From IMG/VR virus record IMGVR_UViG_3300020056_000010: a stretch of DNA of 64,000 nt, one strand, 5' to 3'. This stretch comes from an uncultured virus (IMG/VR IMGVR_UViG_3300020056_000010). Taxonomy: Duplodnaviria; Heunggongvirae; Uroviricota; Caudoviricetes. The notes beneath the pieces were generated by a model. It was not told where the DNA came from. It worked only from the letters and a program-made list of their open reading frames with translations, and did not search any database. The translations under genes and the position numbers were made by a program. Within the stretch, counting starts at the first letter, position 1; each line of letters starts with the position of its first letter. Shown one piece after another: positions 35,476 through 45,439 of this stretch.

Positions 35476-36120
35476 ATGGCTTTCTTAGTTCACCCTTTGC
35501 CACCTGTTAATGTTTATGTACGAAAAGAATACTTGTATGATTTAGAGAAGGGGCACGGTGAATATACTCCAGGAATCTGGATTAGTGTTAAAAGCACAAT
35601 GCACAAAGCTCTTTATTTCGAAACACTCTTAACTGATTATGGAGCGCTATATGACAAACTTCCTATATCGGCATTTGTTTGGAAAATACCGCACGGCGAG
35701 ATTCTTCCGCTTGATGTGCTACAGCTTTGGGATTGTTTTGATTACGACATTACCGTTGTCCAAAAACCCATCTTGTCTAGATGTGAATTTTTTGGAAAGG
35801 ACAAACGTATGCATGCCGGTGAGTATGAGTTCACCATCGATAATTGTCACCGCGATTCTTCCATCATCGACACAAATTTCAGTGAACACGACCCCGAACA
35901 CAAGTCTTTCAACGTTATACGACTTGACAACGGTCAATTCGCTGCTCAGCCTAACAATCGGGTTATCTGGCGTGATAGCTCCTTAACTCCTGATAAACTA
36001 TTACGTCCTGACTTTAAAGTATGCACTCAAAACTATGCGGTTGAAACAGAACCTAAATGGTCTGTTGGCCACACTGATGAATGGCAATATAAAACTAAGG
36101 AAGAAAGCGAAATGGAATGA
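35476..36120 (+). CDS. Conserved hypothetical protein
   Basis: VRKEYLYD...GHGE, LQLWDCF, GQFAAQPNNR. Confidence 0.75.
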   Translation: MAFLVHPLPPVNVYVRKEYLYDLEKGHGEYTPGIWISVKSTMHKALYFETLLTDYGALYDKLPISAFVWKIPHGEILPLDVLQLWDCFDYDITVVQKPILSRCEFFGKDKRMHAGEYEFTIDNCHRDSSIIDTNFSEHDPEHKSFNVIRLDNGQFAAQPNNRVIWRDSSLTPDKLLRPDFKVCTQNYAVETEPKWSVGHTDEWQYKTKEESEME

Positions 36121-36401
36121 TATTAACTATTACGGAAAATGCTAAAGCTTATCTAAAAAAGGTTGGCAAACCTAACGTATCACTTACGGTAAAAGGTGGA
36201 GGCTGTTCTGGTTTTCAATATGAGTGGGGAACCACGGAAGAAAGTCCAACTATTGAAAATTTATGGTTAGATCCAATGGCTGAAATGTTTGTTTTTGGCT
36301 GCACAATAGATTATGTGGAAGAGCTTGGTGGTTCTTATTTAAAAGTAATTAACCCTAATGCCACTGCTTCATGTGGCTGCGGAGAAAGTTTTGCTGTCTA
36401 G
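36117..36401 (+). CDS. iscA: A-type Fe-S carrier (HesB/IscA)
   Basis: GGGCSGFQY and CGCGESF. Confidence 0.92.
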   Translation: MILTITENAKAYLKKVGKPNVSLTVKGGGCSGFQYEWGTTEESPTIENLWLDPMAEMFVFGCTIDYVEELGGSYLKVINPNATASCGCGESFAV

Positions 36402-36412
36402 GGAGATTTCAA

Positions 36413-36574
36413 ATGGACATAAAACCTCACTATTACATAGAAGACCAAGAATGGAAACATTTTCAAGAAGTACAACGACTGCAATATATCACAAAAATTA
36501 AAGAACATGAGGCGAACAGAACTAGCACAGACGATCGTAACAAATATTGGAAGGAGAACAAGTATGGAAAATAA
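36413..36574 (+). CDS. Hypothetical protein
   Basis: GGGAG RBS before MDIKPH. Confidence 0.5.
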   Translation: MDIKPHYYIEDQEWKHFQEVQRLQYITKIKEHEANRTSTDDRNKYWKENKYGK

Positions 36575-36767
36575 ACCGTTGACAATAAATGGTTGTTGTG
36601 ATAATATTAATATAACAAGTGGAAGTACATACGTTATGTTCGGTAAGCATAAGTACATGGTTTACGTTTCCTTTTGTAAAAACTGTGGATCTCATAAGGC
36701 CACGTCTAATATTCAACATGTGAGGGAGAATAGAGATGAGCACGTTCGTCAATCAGTTTCTCGGTGA
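36564..36767 (+). CDS. Small Zn-ribbon-like protein
   Basis: AAGGAG RBS; CC...CKNCG. Confidence 0.5.
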   Translation: MENKPLTINGCCDNINITSGSTYVMFGKHKYMVYVSFCKNCGSHKATSNIQHVRENRDEHVRQSVSR

Positions 36768-36942
36768 GCGAGAAGGGAATCAGCTTCGAGCAGAGATTTA
36801 TGAAGCAGATCAAGGTTACACAATTCGTTATCATATTAACGGTAATTTCGTTAAAGAAGAAACTATTAAGGGCCATAGCATTCATTATATTGAAGATGCT
36901 GCAACCAACTGGTTGGATGGTATTAAGGTACTAAACGGCTAA
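36736..36942 (+). CDS. Conserved T4-like hypothetical protein
   Basis: HS..Y.EDAA.NW..G motif upstream of gp33. Confidence 0.7.
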   Translation: MSTFVNQFLGEREGNQLRAEIYEADQGYTIRYHINGNFVKEETIKGHSIHYIEDAATNWLDGIKVLNG

Positions 36943-37175
36943 TGATTACACCAAGAACTCCTGAAAAAGTGCATCATGATATATCAGAGATGCTAGCGCG
37001 CGGTGTTAACTATATTGACGCTTTAGTAGAATACGCGCGTCAAAATGAATTAGAAATTGAAACAGTCGCAGATATTGTAAAGAAGTCTTCTATTCTAAAA
37101 GAGAAGGTTCGCAGTGAAGCGATTGGCTTGAGAATGGTTAAACAAGATGATCAAACACTCGACGAGTTTTGCTAA
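36942..37175 (+). CDS. gp33: Late-transcription coactivator
   Basis: YIDA.V.Y.....E.E......LKEK...EA; gp33-59-32 synteny. Confidence 0.85.
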   Translation: MITPRTPEKVHHDISEMLARGVNYIDALVEYARQNELEIETVADIVKKSSILKEKVRSEAIGLRMVKQDDQTLDEFC

Positions 37176-37746
37176 CGAAGAGTCGTTTAAGTATTATGTG
37201 ATGTTCTTGGCAATGAAGAAACACTTCGGCAGCCAATACGACTATCACAAATATCATGGGAAAATCAAGGCTTCTTTTGACAAGTTTCGTACTAGTCAGT
37301 ATGCATACTTCTTTGAGAAGCTTTCCCATAAAGAAGATCCTGAGAATCTCATACTTGCAAACATGATTGTAAAGCCTGACGTTTGGATACGTGAGATTCT
37401 GGATGATGAAGGTGAGGAACGTTATTTGCAATGGAAGATTAAGATGAATTCTATGAGTCGTCTTTTCAAAGCAGATCTAGAAAAACTAGATGATAACTAC
37501 CAAGCCAACTTTGCTGTACATAACGGTCAACATCCTTATGTAATGACTCTGTACAGCCAAAAGCAGATATCACTTGAAACTTTTACTATACTTACTCACA
37601 TGGCTAATATTTTTGGCTATTGGGAGCAAAATATAGTTGACAAAATCATAGCAAGTGATATAATAAAACTATCAAAGAAGTACAAACCTTTTTTGAATCT
37701 CAACGAAAAAAAGTTGAAAGACCTTGTCAGAAATCGGTTTTTCTGA
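37147..37746 (+). CDS. gp59: Helicase loader
   Basis: A.K.HF...YDY.KY.GK, ISLET. Confidence 0.9.
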   Translation: MIKHSTSFANEESFKYYVMFLAMKKHFGSQYDYHKYHGKIKASFDKFRTSQYAYFFEKLSHKEDPENLILANMIVKPDVWIREILDDEGEERYLQWKIKMNSMSRLFKADLEKLDDNYQANFAVHNGQHPYVMTLYSQKQISLETFTILTHMANIFGYWEQNIVDKIIASDIIKLSKKYKPFLNLNEKKLKDLVRNRFF

Positions 37747-37821
37747 TATAAATATATGGTCGGTCCGCCGATACATATTTCGCAATACAAACATACAACG
37801 CAATATTAAGGAGATACGCAT

Positions 37822-38745
37822 ATGTCATTTGATGCACTCAAAAAAAATCGTTCAAGCTCACTTCAGAAATTGAACGCCCAGCTCGAAAAAGTATCACAGA
37901 AGAGCTACTCAGATCCCAACGAAGGTAAATTTTGGAAACCAACCCGCGATCAAGCTGGTAATGGTTTTGCTATTATTCGCTTCTTGCCTGCTCCAGCCGG
38001 CGAGGAAATGCCATTCGTTCGTATCTGGGATCACGGTTTCCAAGGTCCAACAGGCTTATGGTATATTGAGAACTCTCTAACTACCATTAATCAAGATGAT
38101 CCAGTATCAGAATACAACTCAAAGTTGTGGAATTCTGGTCTTGATTCAGATAAAGAAATTGCTCGTAAGCAGAAGCGCCGTCTAAAGTACGTTGCAAATA
38201 TCATGGTCATTAAAGACTCTGGTAATCCTGCTAACGAAGGTAAAGTCTTCATGTATCAATTTGGTAAGAAGATCTTCGACAAACTAAACGATCTAATGAA
38301 TCCACAGTTTGAAGATGAGGATCCAGTAAACCCATTTGATCTATGGGAAGGTGCTAACTTCCGTCTGAAGATTCGTCAGTTTGAAGGCTATCCAAACTAT
38401 GATAAGTCTGAGTTTGATGCTCCTTCAGCATTGTCTACAGATGATGCAGAACTGGAACGTATCTATAACCAAGAGCATTCTTTGCAAGAATTGATTGATC
38501 CTAAGAACTTCAAGTCTTATGCAGAGTTGAAAGCAAAACTTTATCGTGTACTTGCTCTCGATGAAGAGCCTTCCACGCCAACTACTGCTGAAGATGATGA
38601 TGAGTTTGATCTAAGCAGCATGGGTAATACCCAACAAGCTGCGCCCCAGCCAACTATGCCAGCTGCGGCACCAGAACCAGCGTCTAATCTATCTATGGAT
38701 GATGACGACGATCTATCAATCTTTAAGGAACTAGCGAATGGCTAA
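37822..38745 (+). CDS. gp32: Single-stranded DNA-binding protein
   Basis: GNGFAIIRFLP, WYIENSLTT, NYDKSEF, acidic tail. Confidence 0.95.
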   Translation: MSFDALKKNRSSSLQKLNAQLEKVSQKSYSDPNEGKFWKPTRDQAGNGFAIIRFLPAPAGEEMPFVRIWDHGFQGPTGLWYIENSLTTINQDDPVSEYNSKLWNSGLDSDKEIARKQKRRLKYVANIMVIKDSGNPANEGKVFMYQFGKKIFDKLNDLMNPQFEDEDPVNPFDLWEGANFRLKIRQFEGYPNYDKSEFDAPSALSTDDAELERIYNQEHSLQELIDPKNFKSYAELKAKLYRVLALDEEPSTPTTAEDDDEFDLSSMGNTQQAAPQPTMPAAAPEPASNLSMDDDDDLSIFKELANG

Positions 38746-39064
38746 TAAAACCTACGAAGAGGTTTTAGATTTCGACTTCGGCTTCAGCTTCATTGATGAA
38801 GAGCTTCAAGAAAAAGAAGCTGCGGCCGAAGAAACTATTCAGAACATCAGCTCTGAAAAGCAATCACTGGAGGACCAACTCACAGATGCTAAAGTCAAAG
38901 CTGATGATCTGGAGTATCGACTCGAACTCCTCTATAAATCAATTACTCCGTTCTTAACAAACCTTTGTAAGAATCCGGATAAATCAACAATCTATTGGCC
39001 TGATCGAGTTGGAAAGATCGAGGCCTATAAGGCTAAATTGCTTACAATCGTGGAAGGTACATAA
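38738..39064 (+). CDS. Conserved hypothetical protein
   Basis: DFDFGFS...NL.KNPDK..I.WPDR. Confidence 0.75.
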   Translation: MANKTYEEVLDFDFGFSFIDEELQEKEAAAEETIQNISSEKQSLEDQLTDAKVKADDLEYRLELLYKSITPFLTNLCKNPDKSTIYWPDRVGKIEAYKAKLLTIVEGT

Positions 39065-40140
39065 TGAGTCTACTAGACAAACTTGTAAAAAATAGTACCA
39101 TCAAGATGACTGCACCGATTACTGATTCTAAAGTATTCGGTAAGAAAGAAATGGCACCGACACCAGTTCCTATGGTAAACGTTGCACTATCTGGTAGCAT
39201 CGATGGAGGATTAACGCCAGGTCTCCTTGTCCTGGCTGGTCCGTCAAAACACTTCAAATCTGCTTTTGCTCTACTTATGGCAGCAGCATATTTGAAAAAG
39301 AACCCTGATGCGGTTCTTCTATTCTATGACTCAGAGTTTGGTACTCCTACCTCATACTTTGAGTCTTTCGGCATTGATATGGATCGTACTGTACACACCC
39401 CGATTACCAATGTTGAAGAACTAAAATTTGATATTGTTCAGCAAATGGATAATATTGACAAGGGCGACAAGGTTGTTGTCGTTATTGATTCGGTAGGTAA
39501 CCTCGCATCTAAGAAAGAAGTGGAAGACGCACTCGATGGTAAGTCTGTTGCTGATATGTCTCGTGCGAAAGCTCTTAAATCTTTGTTCCGGATTGTTACG
39601 CCACATCTTAACCTTAAAGACATTCCTCTTATCGCTGTTAACCACACCTACAAAGAGATTGGTCTATTCCCTAAAGATGTCGTGTCTGGTGGTACTGGCA
39701 TTTATTATAGTGCTGATTCTATTTGGATTATTGGTCGTCAACAAGATAAGGTTGGCACTGAGATTCAAGGCTACCACTTCGTAATCAATATCGAGAAATC
39801 TCGTCATGTAAAAGAAAAATCTAAGATTCCAATTAGTGTTTCTTGGGACGGCGGTATCGTCAAGTGGTCAGGCTTGATGGAGATCGCTGAAAAAGGTGGG
39901 TACATAACCAAACCCAAAGTAGGCTGGTATGAAGCCATCGATCCAGCCACGGGTGAAGTTTTATCAGAAAAACTGCTTCGAGCAAAAGAAATTGTTGACA
40001 ATTCTCAGTTTTGGGATATGATATTTAATAAGACAGACTTTGCAAATTATGTGAAGAATGCTTTCTCTGTCGGAGGCAGTATTATTATTCCAGATGAAGA
40101 CAACAATGAAGTGCTAGAAGAAGTGGTTGAGAATGATTGA
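39064..40140 (+). CDS. uvsX: RecA-like recombinase
   Basis: AGPSKHFKS, FYDSEFG, DMSRAK. Confidence 0.95.
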   Translation: MSLLDKLVKNSTIKMTAPITDSKVFGKKEMAPTPVPMVNVALSGSIDGGLTPGLLVLAGPSKHFKSAFALLMAAAYLKKNPDAVLLFYDSEFGTPTSYFESFGIDMDRTVHTPITNVEELKFDIVQQMDNIDKGDKVVVVIDSVGNLASKKEVEDALDGKSVADMSRAKALKSLFRIVTPHLNLKDIPLIAVNHTYKEIGLFPKDVVSGGTGIYYSADSIWIIGRQQDKVGTEIQGYHFVINIEKSRHVKEKSKIPISVSWDGGIVKWSGLMEIAEKGGYITKPKVGWYEAIDPATGEVLSEKLLRAKEIVDNSQFWDMIFNKTDFANYVKNAFSVGGSIIIPDEDNNEVLEEVVEND

Positions 40141-41554
40141 AAAGACGGTACTATCACACCTAATATTTAATGAAGACTATTATCGCAGAGTGTTCCCCTA
40201 CATCAAAGGGGAATACTTTGATGATAACAACTTGAAAAAGATATTTGCAACATATTCAGATTATGTAGCAGATTACAAAGAGCCTCCTTCTATCGAGGCT
40301 CTTAAAATTACTTTAGATAAACGTAAAGATCTCAATGAAGATTCATATAAACAGGTGATGTCTACTGTTGATGATTTATCCGTTGACAAAGCAACTGATA
40401 TCGATTGGCTTGTATCTGAAACCGAAAAGTTCTGTCAGGATAAGGATCTATTCAACTCGATTCGTAAAGCCATCTTAGTTATTGATGGCGAAGATAAAGA
40501 AATGGATAAGGGTGCGTTGCCAGAACTCTTATCGAATTCTTTGTCTATCAGTTTCGATACATCGATCGGCCACGACTTCCTTGATGATGCAGATTCTCGT
40601 TATGACTTCTATCATCGTAAAGAAGAACGTCTGCCGTTTGATATCGAACTTCTAAACAAAGTTACCAAGGGTGGCTTACCCCGCAAATCTATGTCTGTTC
40701 TCCTTGCTACTACCGGCGGTGGTAAGTCACTCGTTAAATGTCATATGGCAGCAAACTATCTTACACAGGGTAAGAATGTCGTTTATATCACTATGGAAAT
40801 GGCTGAAGAACGCATCTCAGAACGCATCGATGCTAACCTGATGGATGTAACTCTTGACGATCTCAAGATCATGCCACGAGATGTTTATCAAAAGCGTATT
40901 GAACGTATTACATCTAAATCGCCCGGCAAACTTATCGTTAAAGAATATCCAACAGGCTCGGCTCATGCCGGACACTTCAGACATCTACTCAATGAACTCA
41001 AAATGAAACGAGGATTTGTTCCTGATGTTGTCTTTATCGATTACCTTAACATTTGTGCTTCAGCTCGCGTTAAAGGTGCTGCTGCAGCAAATAGTTACAC
41101 ATTAGTAAAATCAATCGCGGAGGAAATACGTGGACTGGCTATGGAGTTTAATTGTGCAATTGTTACTAGCTCTCAGTTTAATCGTGATGGTTACGGTAAT
41201 TCTGATGTTGATCTTACAAATACCTCCGAATCAATGGGTATCACTCATACTGCAGACTGTATTCTTGGATTGATATCATCAGAAGAACTAGATAATCTTG
41301 GCCAACTTATGATTAAGCAGCTTAAGAATCGCTGGGGCGATCTTGGTTATTATCGTCGATTCGTTGTAGGTATTGATCGTGCTAAAATGCAAATCTATGA
41401 TCTAGAACCTGGAGCTCAGCAAACTATAAGTAGGGATACAGCTCAAGTTGCTAATTCATCGCCAAGAAGTGTACTTGATCTGAAACCAGATGATGATATG
41501 CCAGTATTCGATAAAGGTAAGAAGAAACTTTTTGCAGCAGGAGATTTCACATGA
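40127..41554 (+). CDS. gp41: Replicative DNA helicase
   Basis: TGGGKS, EMAEE.I.ERID, IDYLNI, KQLKNR. Confidence 0.95.
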   Translation: MRMIEKTVLSHLIFNEDYYRRVFPYIKGEYFDDNNLKKIFATYSDYVADYKEPPSIEALKITLDKRKDLNEDSYKQVMSTVDDLSVDKATDIDWLVSETEKFCQDKDLFNSIRKAILVIDGEDKEMDKGALPELLSNSLSISFDTSIGHDFLDDADSRYDFYHRKEERLPFDIELLNKVTKGGLPRKSMSVLLATTGGGKSLVKCHMAANYLTQGKNVVYITMEMAEERISERIDANLMDVTLDDLKIMPRDVYQKRIERITSKSPGKLIVKEYPTGSAHAGHFRHLLNELKMKRGFVPDVVFIDYLNICASARVKGAAAANSYTLVKSIAEEIRGLAMEFNCAIVTSSQFNRDGYGNSDVDLTNTSESMGITHTADCILGLISSEELDNLGQLMIKQLKNRWGDLGYYRRFVVGIDRAKMQIYDLEPGAQQTISRDTAQVANSSPRSVLDLKPDDDMPVFDKGKKKLFAAGDFT

Positions 41555-41742
41555 GTTACATTGTAAAACAATACGCAGAGAGATCTTATAGAATCTACGA
41601 CACATCAAAGGATGAGTACATCAACATAGATCTGTCTCGCCATCGAGCAAATCAAATTGCAAGAAAAATGAATCTAGGTTCAGGGTTCGACGGGTTTATT
41701 CCAGACTTCTTCAATAAGGAATACGTCATTCCTTATAAATAA
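41551..41742 (+). CDS. Conserved hypothetical protein
   Basis: NLGSGFDGF.P.FF motif. Confidence 0.7.
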   Translation: MSYIVKQYAERSYRIYDTSKDEYINIDLSRHRANQIARKMNLGSGFDGFIPDFFNKEYVIPYK

Positions 41743-41769
41743 CAATAAAACAATTACCGGAAAAAGACA

Positions 41770-42558
41770 ATGAAATCCTTTAAGAGTTTTATTGGTGAAG
41801 AGCTGGAGCTATTGCTTATGTCTGCAAGATCTGATAAATACGAAGCCGATGTAGCAGACTATATTAATAGCATGAACGGTGTCACCGCATCTCGTCCTAA
41901 AGTTAGCACAAAATATGCAGACGTAAAAACAGAATTCAATCGTAAGAAAACATGGATTGAAGTCAAGATGAATCATACAGACAATCTTGGCAATACTCGT
42001 GTTTCTTATATTGATGGTAAGTGGACTGCAGCAGCACCTCTAGATCCTGTTAAACAGTTTGCTATAGAGTATCTTTCTAAAGATCGCCAGACGCAACAAT
42101 TCCTTAAAGACGTTGCAGAATTTGCCGGTGTTAAGAACTGGAAAGATATGACCGTTCCTTCTACTCAAGGTCCTTTGAAAAATAAGAATGCTGTTTCATA
42201 TGAAAAGATGAAAGAGTATATGAGTAAAAGAACACAGTATATTCTTGACGTTAAGAATGTAGATCTAGGTGAGCTTGTTACTCGTCACTATCTAGAAGGT
42301 AAAGCAGAGCCTGCACACTATATGCAAGCGGGTGATGACTTCTATATGATCGGTAAAAAGAATCCTCTTGGCCTACCAGTTGATATTCCGGAGCTAGGTA
42401 GAAAAGGTCAGTGCATGGGTTCATTTAGAATGCGTATTGGTATTCGTGGTAGCAAACCTTATTACGAAATTCAACCTGAAATAAAAATCAATAATATGCC
42501 AACATCGGCGTATTCAATCAAACCAGGAACTCGTAAGAAGAATCCATTCGCGGTGTAA
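41770..42558 (+). CDS. Putative PD-(D/E)xK nuclease-like internal virion protein
   Basis: MKSFKSFI.E N-terminus, ADV....WIEVK; TATAAATA upstream. Confidence 0.5.
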   Translation: MKSFKSFIGEELELLLMSARSDKYEADVADYINSMNGVTASRPKVSTKYADVKTEFNRKKTWIEVKMNHTDNLGNTRVSYIDGKWTAAAPLDPVKQFAIEYLSKDRQTQQFLKDVAEFAGVKNWKDMTVPSTQGPLKNKNAVSYEKMKEYMSKRTQYILDVKNVDLGELVTRHYLEGKAEPAHYMQAGDDFYMIGKKNPLGLPVDIPELGRKGQCMGSFRMRIGIRGSKPYYEIQPEIKINNMPTSAYSIKPGTRKKNPFAV

Positions 42559-42559
42559 T

Positions 42560-43789
42560 ATGCTTAGATTTAAACAATATCTTTCCGAATCAAAAAACGT
42601 CCACATGGAACACCTCGAAGATTCTATCTTGAATCTCGGTGTTGATGGTACTCGTACTGCTATTAACTTTCTAAGAGCATTGAGAGATATGCTCGATGGT
42701 ACATCAGCAAAGGCTGTTAATGTAACAGTAAAGTGGGATGGTGCTCCTGCTGTATTTGCCGGTAAAGATCCAAGCGATGGTAAATTCTTCGTCGCTAAGA
42801 AAGGTATTTTTAATAAGAATCCAAAGGTCTATAAGACCAATGCTGATATTGACGCCGATACAAAAGGCGACTTAAATGTGAAGTTGAAACTGGCCCTTGC
42901 TGAACTACCAAAGCTCGGTATAGAGGGTGTAGTACAGGGTGATTTTCTATATGCGAAAGAAGATATTAAAGAAACTACAATTGATGGAGAGCCGTATATT
43001 ACTTTTCATCCTAACACGATTGTTTACGCGGTACCTAAAAACTCGGACCTCGCAAAACAGATTCTCGGATCCAAGATCGGAGTGGTCTGGCATACTACAT
43101 ACCGAGGATCAAGCTTTGAAGAAATGTCTGCAAGTTTTGGAGAGGAGATTGCATCTGGCCTCAATCAAACAAAATCGGTCTGGTCGGTAGATGCAGTCTA
43201 TAAAGATGTTTCCGGTACTGCAACATTTACCAAGAAAGAAAGTGCAGAAGTAACTAAACTACTATCTGCTGCTGGTAAGAAATTCAATACAATTAAAGCG
43301 CCAACACTTAATGGTATCGCTAAGAATGAAGATACCTTAATTAAAATCAAAACCTTTGTCAATAGTAAAGTAAGAGCCGGTGAAAGAATCAGAGATCCAA
43401 AAAGATTTGCTAAGGATCTGGTTCAATACATCGATGACTATTACGAGAAGCAGGCTGCGGGTCGTAAGACTGAAAAAGGTAAAGCCGGACAAAGAGCCAA
43501 GAAAGACGCAACACTAGAGTACTTTAATAGAACGCCAGAGTCTCAGATTGTTGCAGTATTCGAATTATATAATCTACTTATCGACGCAAAACATTTAATC
43601 ATTCGTAAACTAGATAAAGCAAAGCGTATCGGTACATTTTTGAAAACTGCTGATGGATATGAAGTAACAGAGCAAGAAGGTTTTGTTGCAATCGATCATA
43701 CGGGTAAAAACTCTGTTAAGCTTGTTGATCGTCTTGAGTTTAGTAATGCTAACTTCTCAGACAAATATATCAAAGGGTGGCAGAAATAA
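42560..43789 (+). CDS. Ligase-like nucleotidyltransferase (DUF6267-like)
   Basis: HMEHLED, KWDG, QGD, EGFV, KLVDR. Confidence 0.6.
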   Translation: MLRFKQYLSESKNVHMEHLEDSILNLGVDGTRTAINFLRALRDMLDGTSAKAVNVTVKWDGAPAVFAGKDPSDGKFFVAKKGIFNKNPKVYKTNADIDADTKGDLNVKLKLALAELPKLGIEGVVQGDFLYAKEDIKETTIDGEPYITFHPNTIVYAVPKNSDLAKQILGSKIGVVWHTTYRGSSFEEMSASFGEEIASGLNQTKSVWSVDAVYKDVSGTATFTKKESAEVTKLLSAAGKKFNTIKAPTLNGIAKNEDTLIKIKTFVNSKVRAGERIRDPKRFAKDLVQYIDDYYEKQAAGRKTEKGKAGQRAKKDATLEYFNRTPESQIVAVFELYNLLIDAKHLIIRKLDKAKRIGTFLKTADGYEVTEQEGFVAIDHTGKNSVKLVDRLEFSNANFSDKYIKGWQK

Positions 43790-44169
43790 TGGCAAATATT
43801 CATTATCTTAAAAGAGCAGCAGGTGAAGCTGTAGTTAAAATTTACACCACAGAGTCTGCGGGAGAAACCATTGACTTAGACATAGCAAACCTAGCAGCTG
43901 CTGACGAAACATTTGATGCTAATACGGCTCACGTTGCATTTCGCGAAATATTTTGGGGTGCTAAGAAAGATAAGCAAATAGATATTTCTCGTAAACAGCG
44001 CGGAGGATCTGACGTTCATGGTCATTATTATTTCACAGATTCAGGTTCGTATGACTACACTGGATTTGTAGATGATGTCTATCCAGATTGGGATGTTCGA
44101 GTAGTGTTAGATGGTCCAGGCCACGTTATTCTTAAACTTATTAAGAAAGAAGGCTACACTACAAGCTAG
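43789..44169 (+). CDS. Hypothetical beta-rich protein, probably virion
   Basis: TAATG coupling; MANIHYLKR. Confidence 0.6.
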   Translation: MANIHYLKRAAGEAVVKIYTTESAGETIDLDIANLAAADETFDANTAHVAFREIFWGAKKDKQIDISRKQRGGSDVHGHYYFTDSGSYDYTGFVDDVYPDWDVRVVLDGPGHVILKLIKKEGYTTS

Positions 44170-44308
44170 TCACTTTCTGCATAGCGGGTTTACCAAATTG
44201 GTAACCCTTATTTACCAATTTTCCTAATAAATATATTTGTAAAAGGGCTAAAGCTAAGCGGTCGCTTAGAGCCGGATCACATACATACATATACATTAGG
44301 AGAATCAA

Positions 44309-44551
44309 ATGACACAAGCTATCTTGGCAGCAAGTCATGCGCTCCACATAGACGCACTATTCGATTGGGTTCGTGATCTAAGTAGAGCATATGTCAGGCA
44401 GAGAAATATTCAAATCACTAAGAAAGAACTGGGTGCTCTTACCGACAGAGAGTTGTGGGATATTGGAATTAGCCGCGGCGAAATTCACGATATCGCTGTA
44501 TCATCTTTTCCGAAAGCAAAATCAAACGACAATTTGAAGGGATGGGTCTAA
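44309..44551 (+). CDS. DUF1127 (YjiS-like) protein
   Basis: ELGALTDRELWDIGISRGEI. Confidence 0.88.
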   Translation: MTQAILAASHALHIDALFDWVRDLSRAYVRQRNIQITKKELGALTDRELWDIGISRGEIHDIAVSSFPKAKSNDNLKGWV

Positions 44552-44727
44552 TGACAGCAGCAGTAATGAAATACACTTTCGCGCCACTACAAGGATTTTG
44601 GACAGGCTTTAGTAATTTCTGCGAAGTAGCAGGATATTCAAGAGCAGCAGCACACCTTGCTTCACTAGGTTATTACGACGAAGCAAAGAATTGCATGATG
44701 CAAATTGAGAAGATTAAGAACAGATAA
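44542..44727 (+). CDS. Small hypothetical protein coupled to DUF1127
   Basis: GYSRAA..L...GY..EAK; overlapping start. Confidence 0.65.
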   Translation: MGLMTAAVMKYTFAPLQGFWTGFSNFCEVAGYSRAAAHLASLGYYDEAKNCMMQIEKIKNR

Positions 44728-44749
44728 GTTCTATAAAAGTTGAATAAAT

Positions 44750-44772
44750 AAAGGGGCTGCGGCCCCTTTTTT
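44750..44772 (+). terminator. Intrinsic terminator
   Basis: AAAGGGGC-TGCG-GCCCCTTTTTT. Confidence 0.8.
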
Positions 44773-44791
44773 AATATGATGAGGCTATATA

Positions 44792-45439
44792 ATGTACATA
44801 CCTAAATTTAATTCTTATTTCATTCATATACCTAAGTGTGGTGGTTCTTCTATAGAGCAATACTTCTTTAATCTAGATGGACTATATCCTAATATGGAAA
44901 ACGTATTTGGATCTCTTGGTAGGGAAGTAGGAAGTAAGTATCATTTTGGTAATTATGTACGTGGACTTCAACATTCAGAAACTCAGCATCTGAGTGTATG
45001 GGATTGCAGAAGATATCAAGTAAACGATTTTTTAAACTCAAATTATAAGTTTGCTTTTGTAAGAAATCCTTGGCATCGATTTGTATCCGAGGTTCATTGG
45101 AAAAGAAAGCATTTGCGCATGACAAATCACTCATTCCAGGATCAAATAGAAATGCAAAAGCGTTTCGCCGATAATAACCTAAGCAACAATCTTAGGCCTC
45201 ACAACACTCCCCAATGGAAATTTGTATTCAATGAAGAAGGTAAGCTTGCCGTTGATGACGTATTCAAATTAGAAGAAATAGATAAAGCTGAAAAGAGACT
45301 ATCAGAGGTATTCGGGGTAGAAGTAAAATTTCCGCATGTAAATAAAACAGAAAAGAAAAATTACGAAATCGATCAAGGAATAAAAAATCAACTTCTTCCT
45401 TTGATCAAAACAGATTTGGAGGTATTCGGATATGAATAA
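44792..45439 (+). CDS. Sulfotransferase family 2
   Basis: FIHIPKCGGSSI and FVRNPW.RFVS. Confidence 0.85.
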   Translation: MYIPKFNSYFIHIPKCGGSSIEQYFFNLDGLYPNMENVFGSLGREVGSKYHFGNYVRGLQHSETQHLSVWDCRRYQVNDFLNSNYKFAFVRNPWHRFVSEVHWKRKHLRMTNHSFQDQIEMQKRFADNNLSNNLRPHNTPQWKFVFNEEGKLAVDDVFKLEEIDKAEKRLSEVFGVEVKFPHVNKTEKKNYEIDQGIKNQLLPLIKTDLEVFGYE

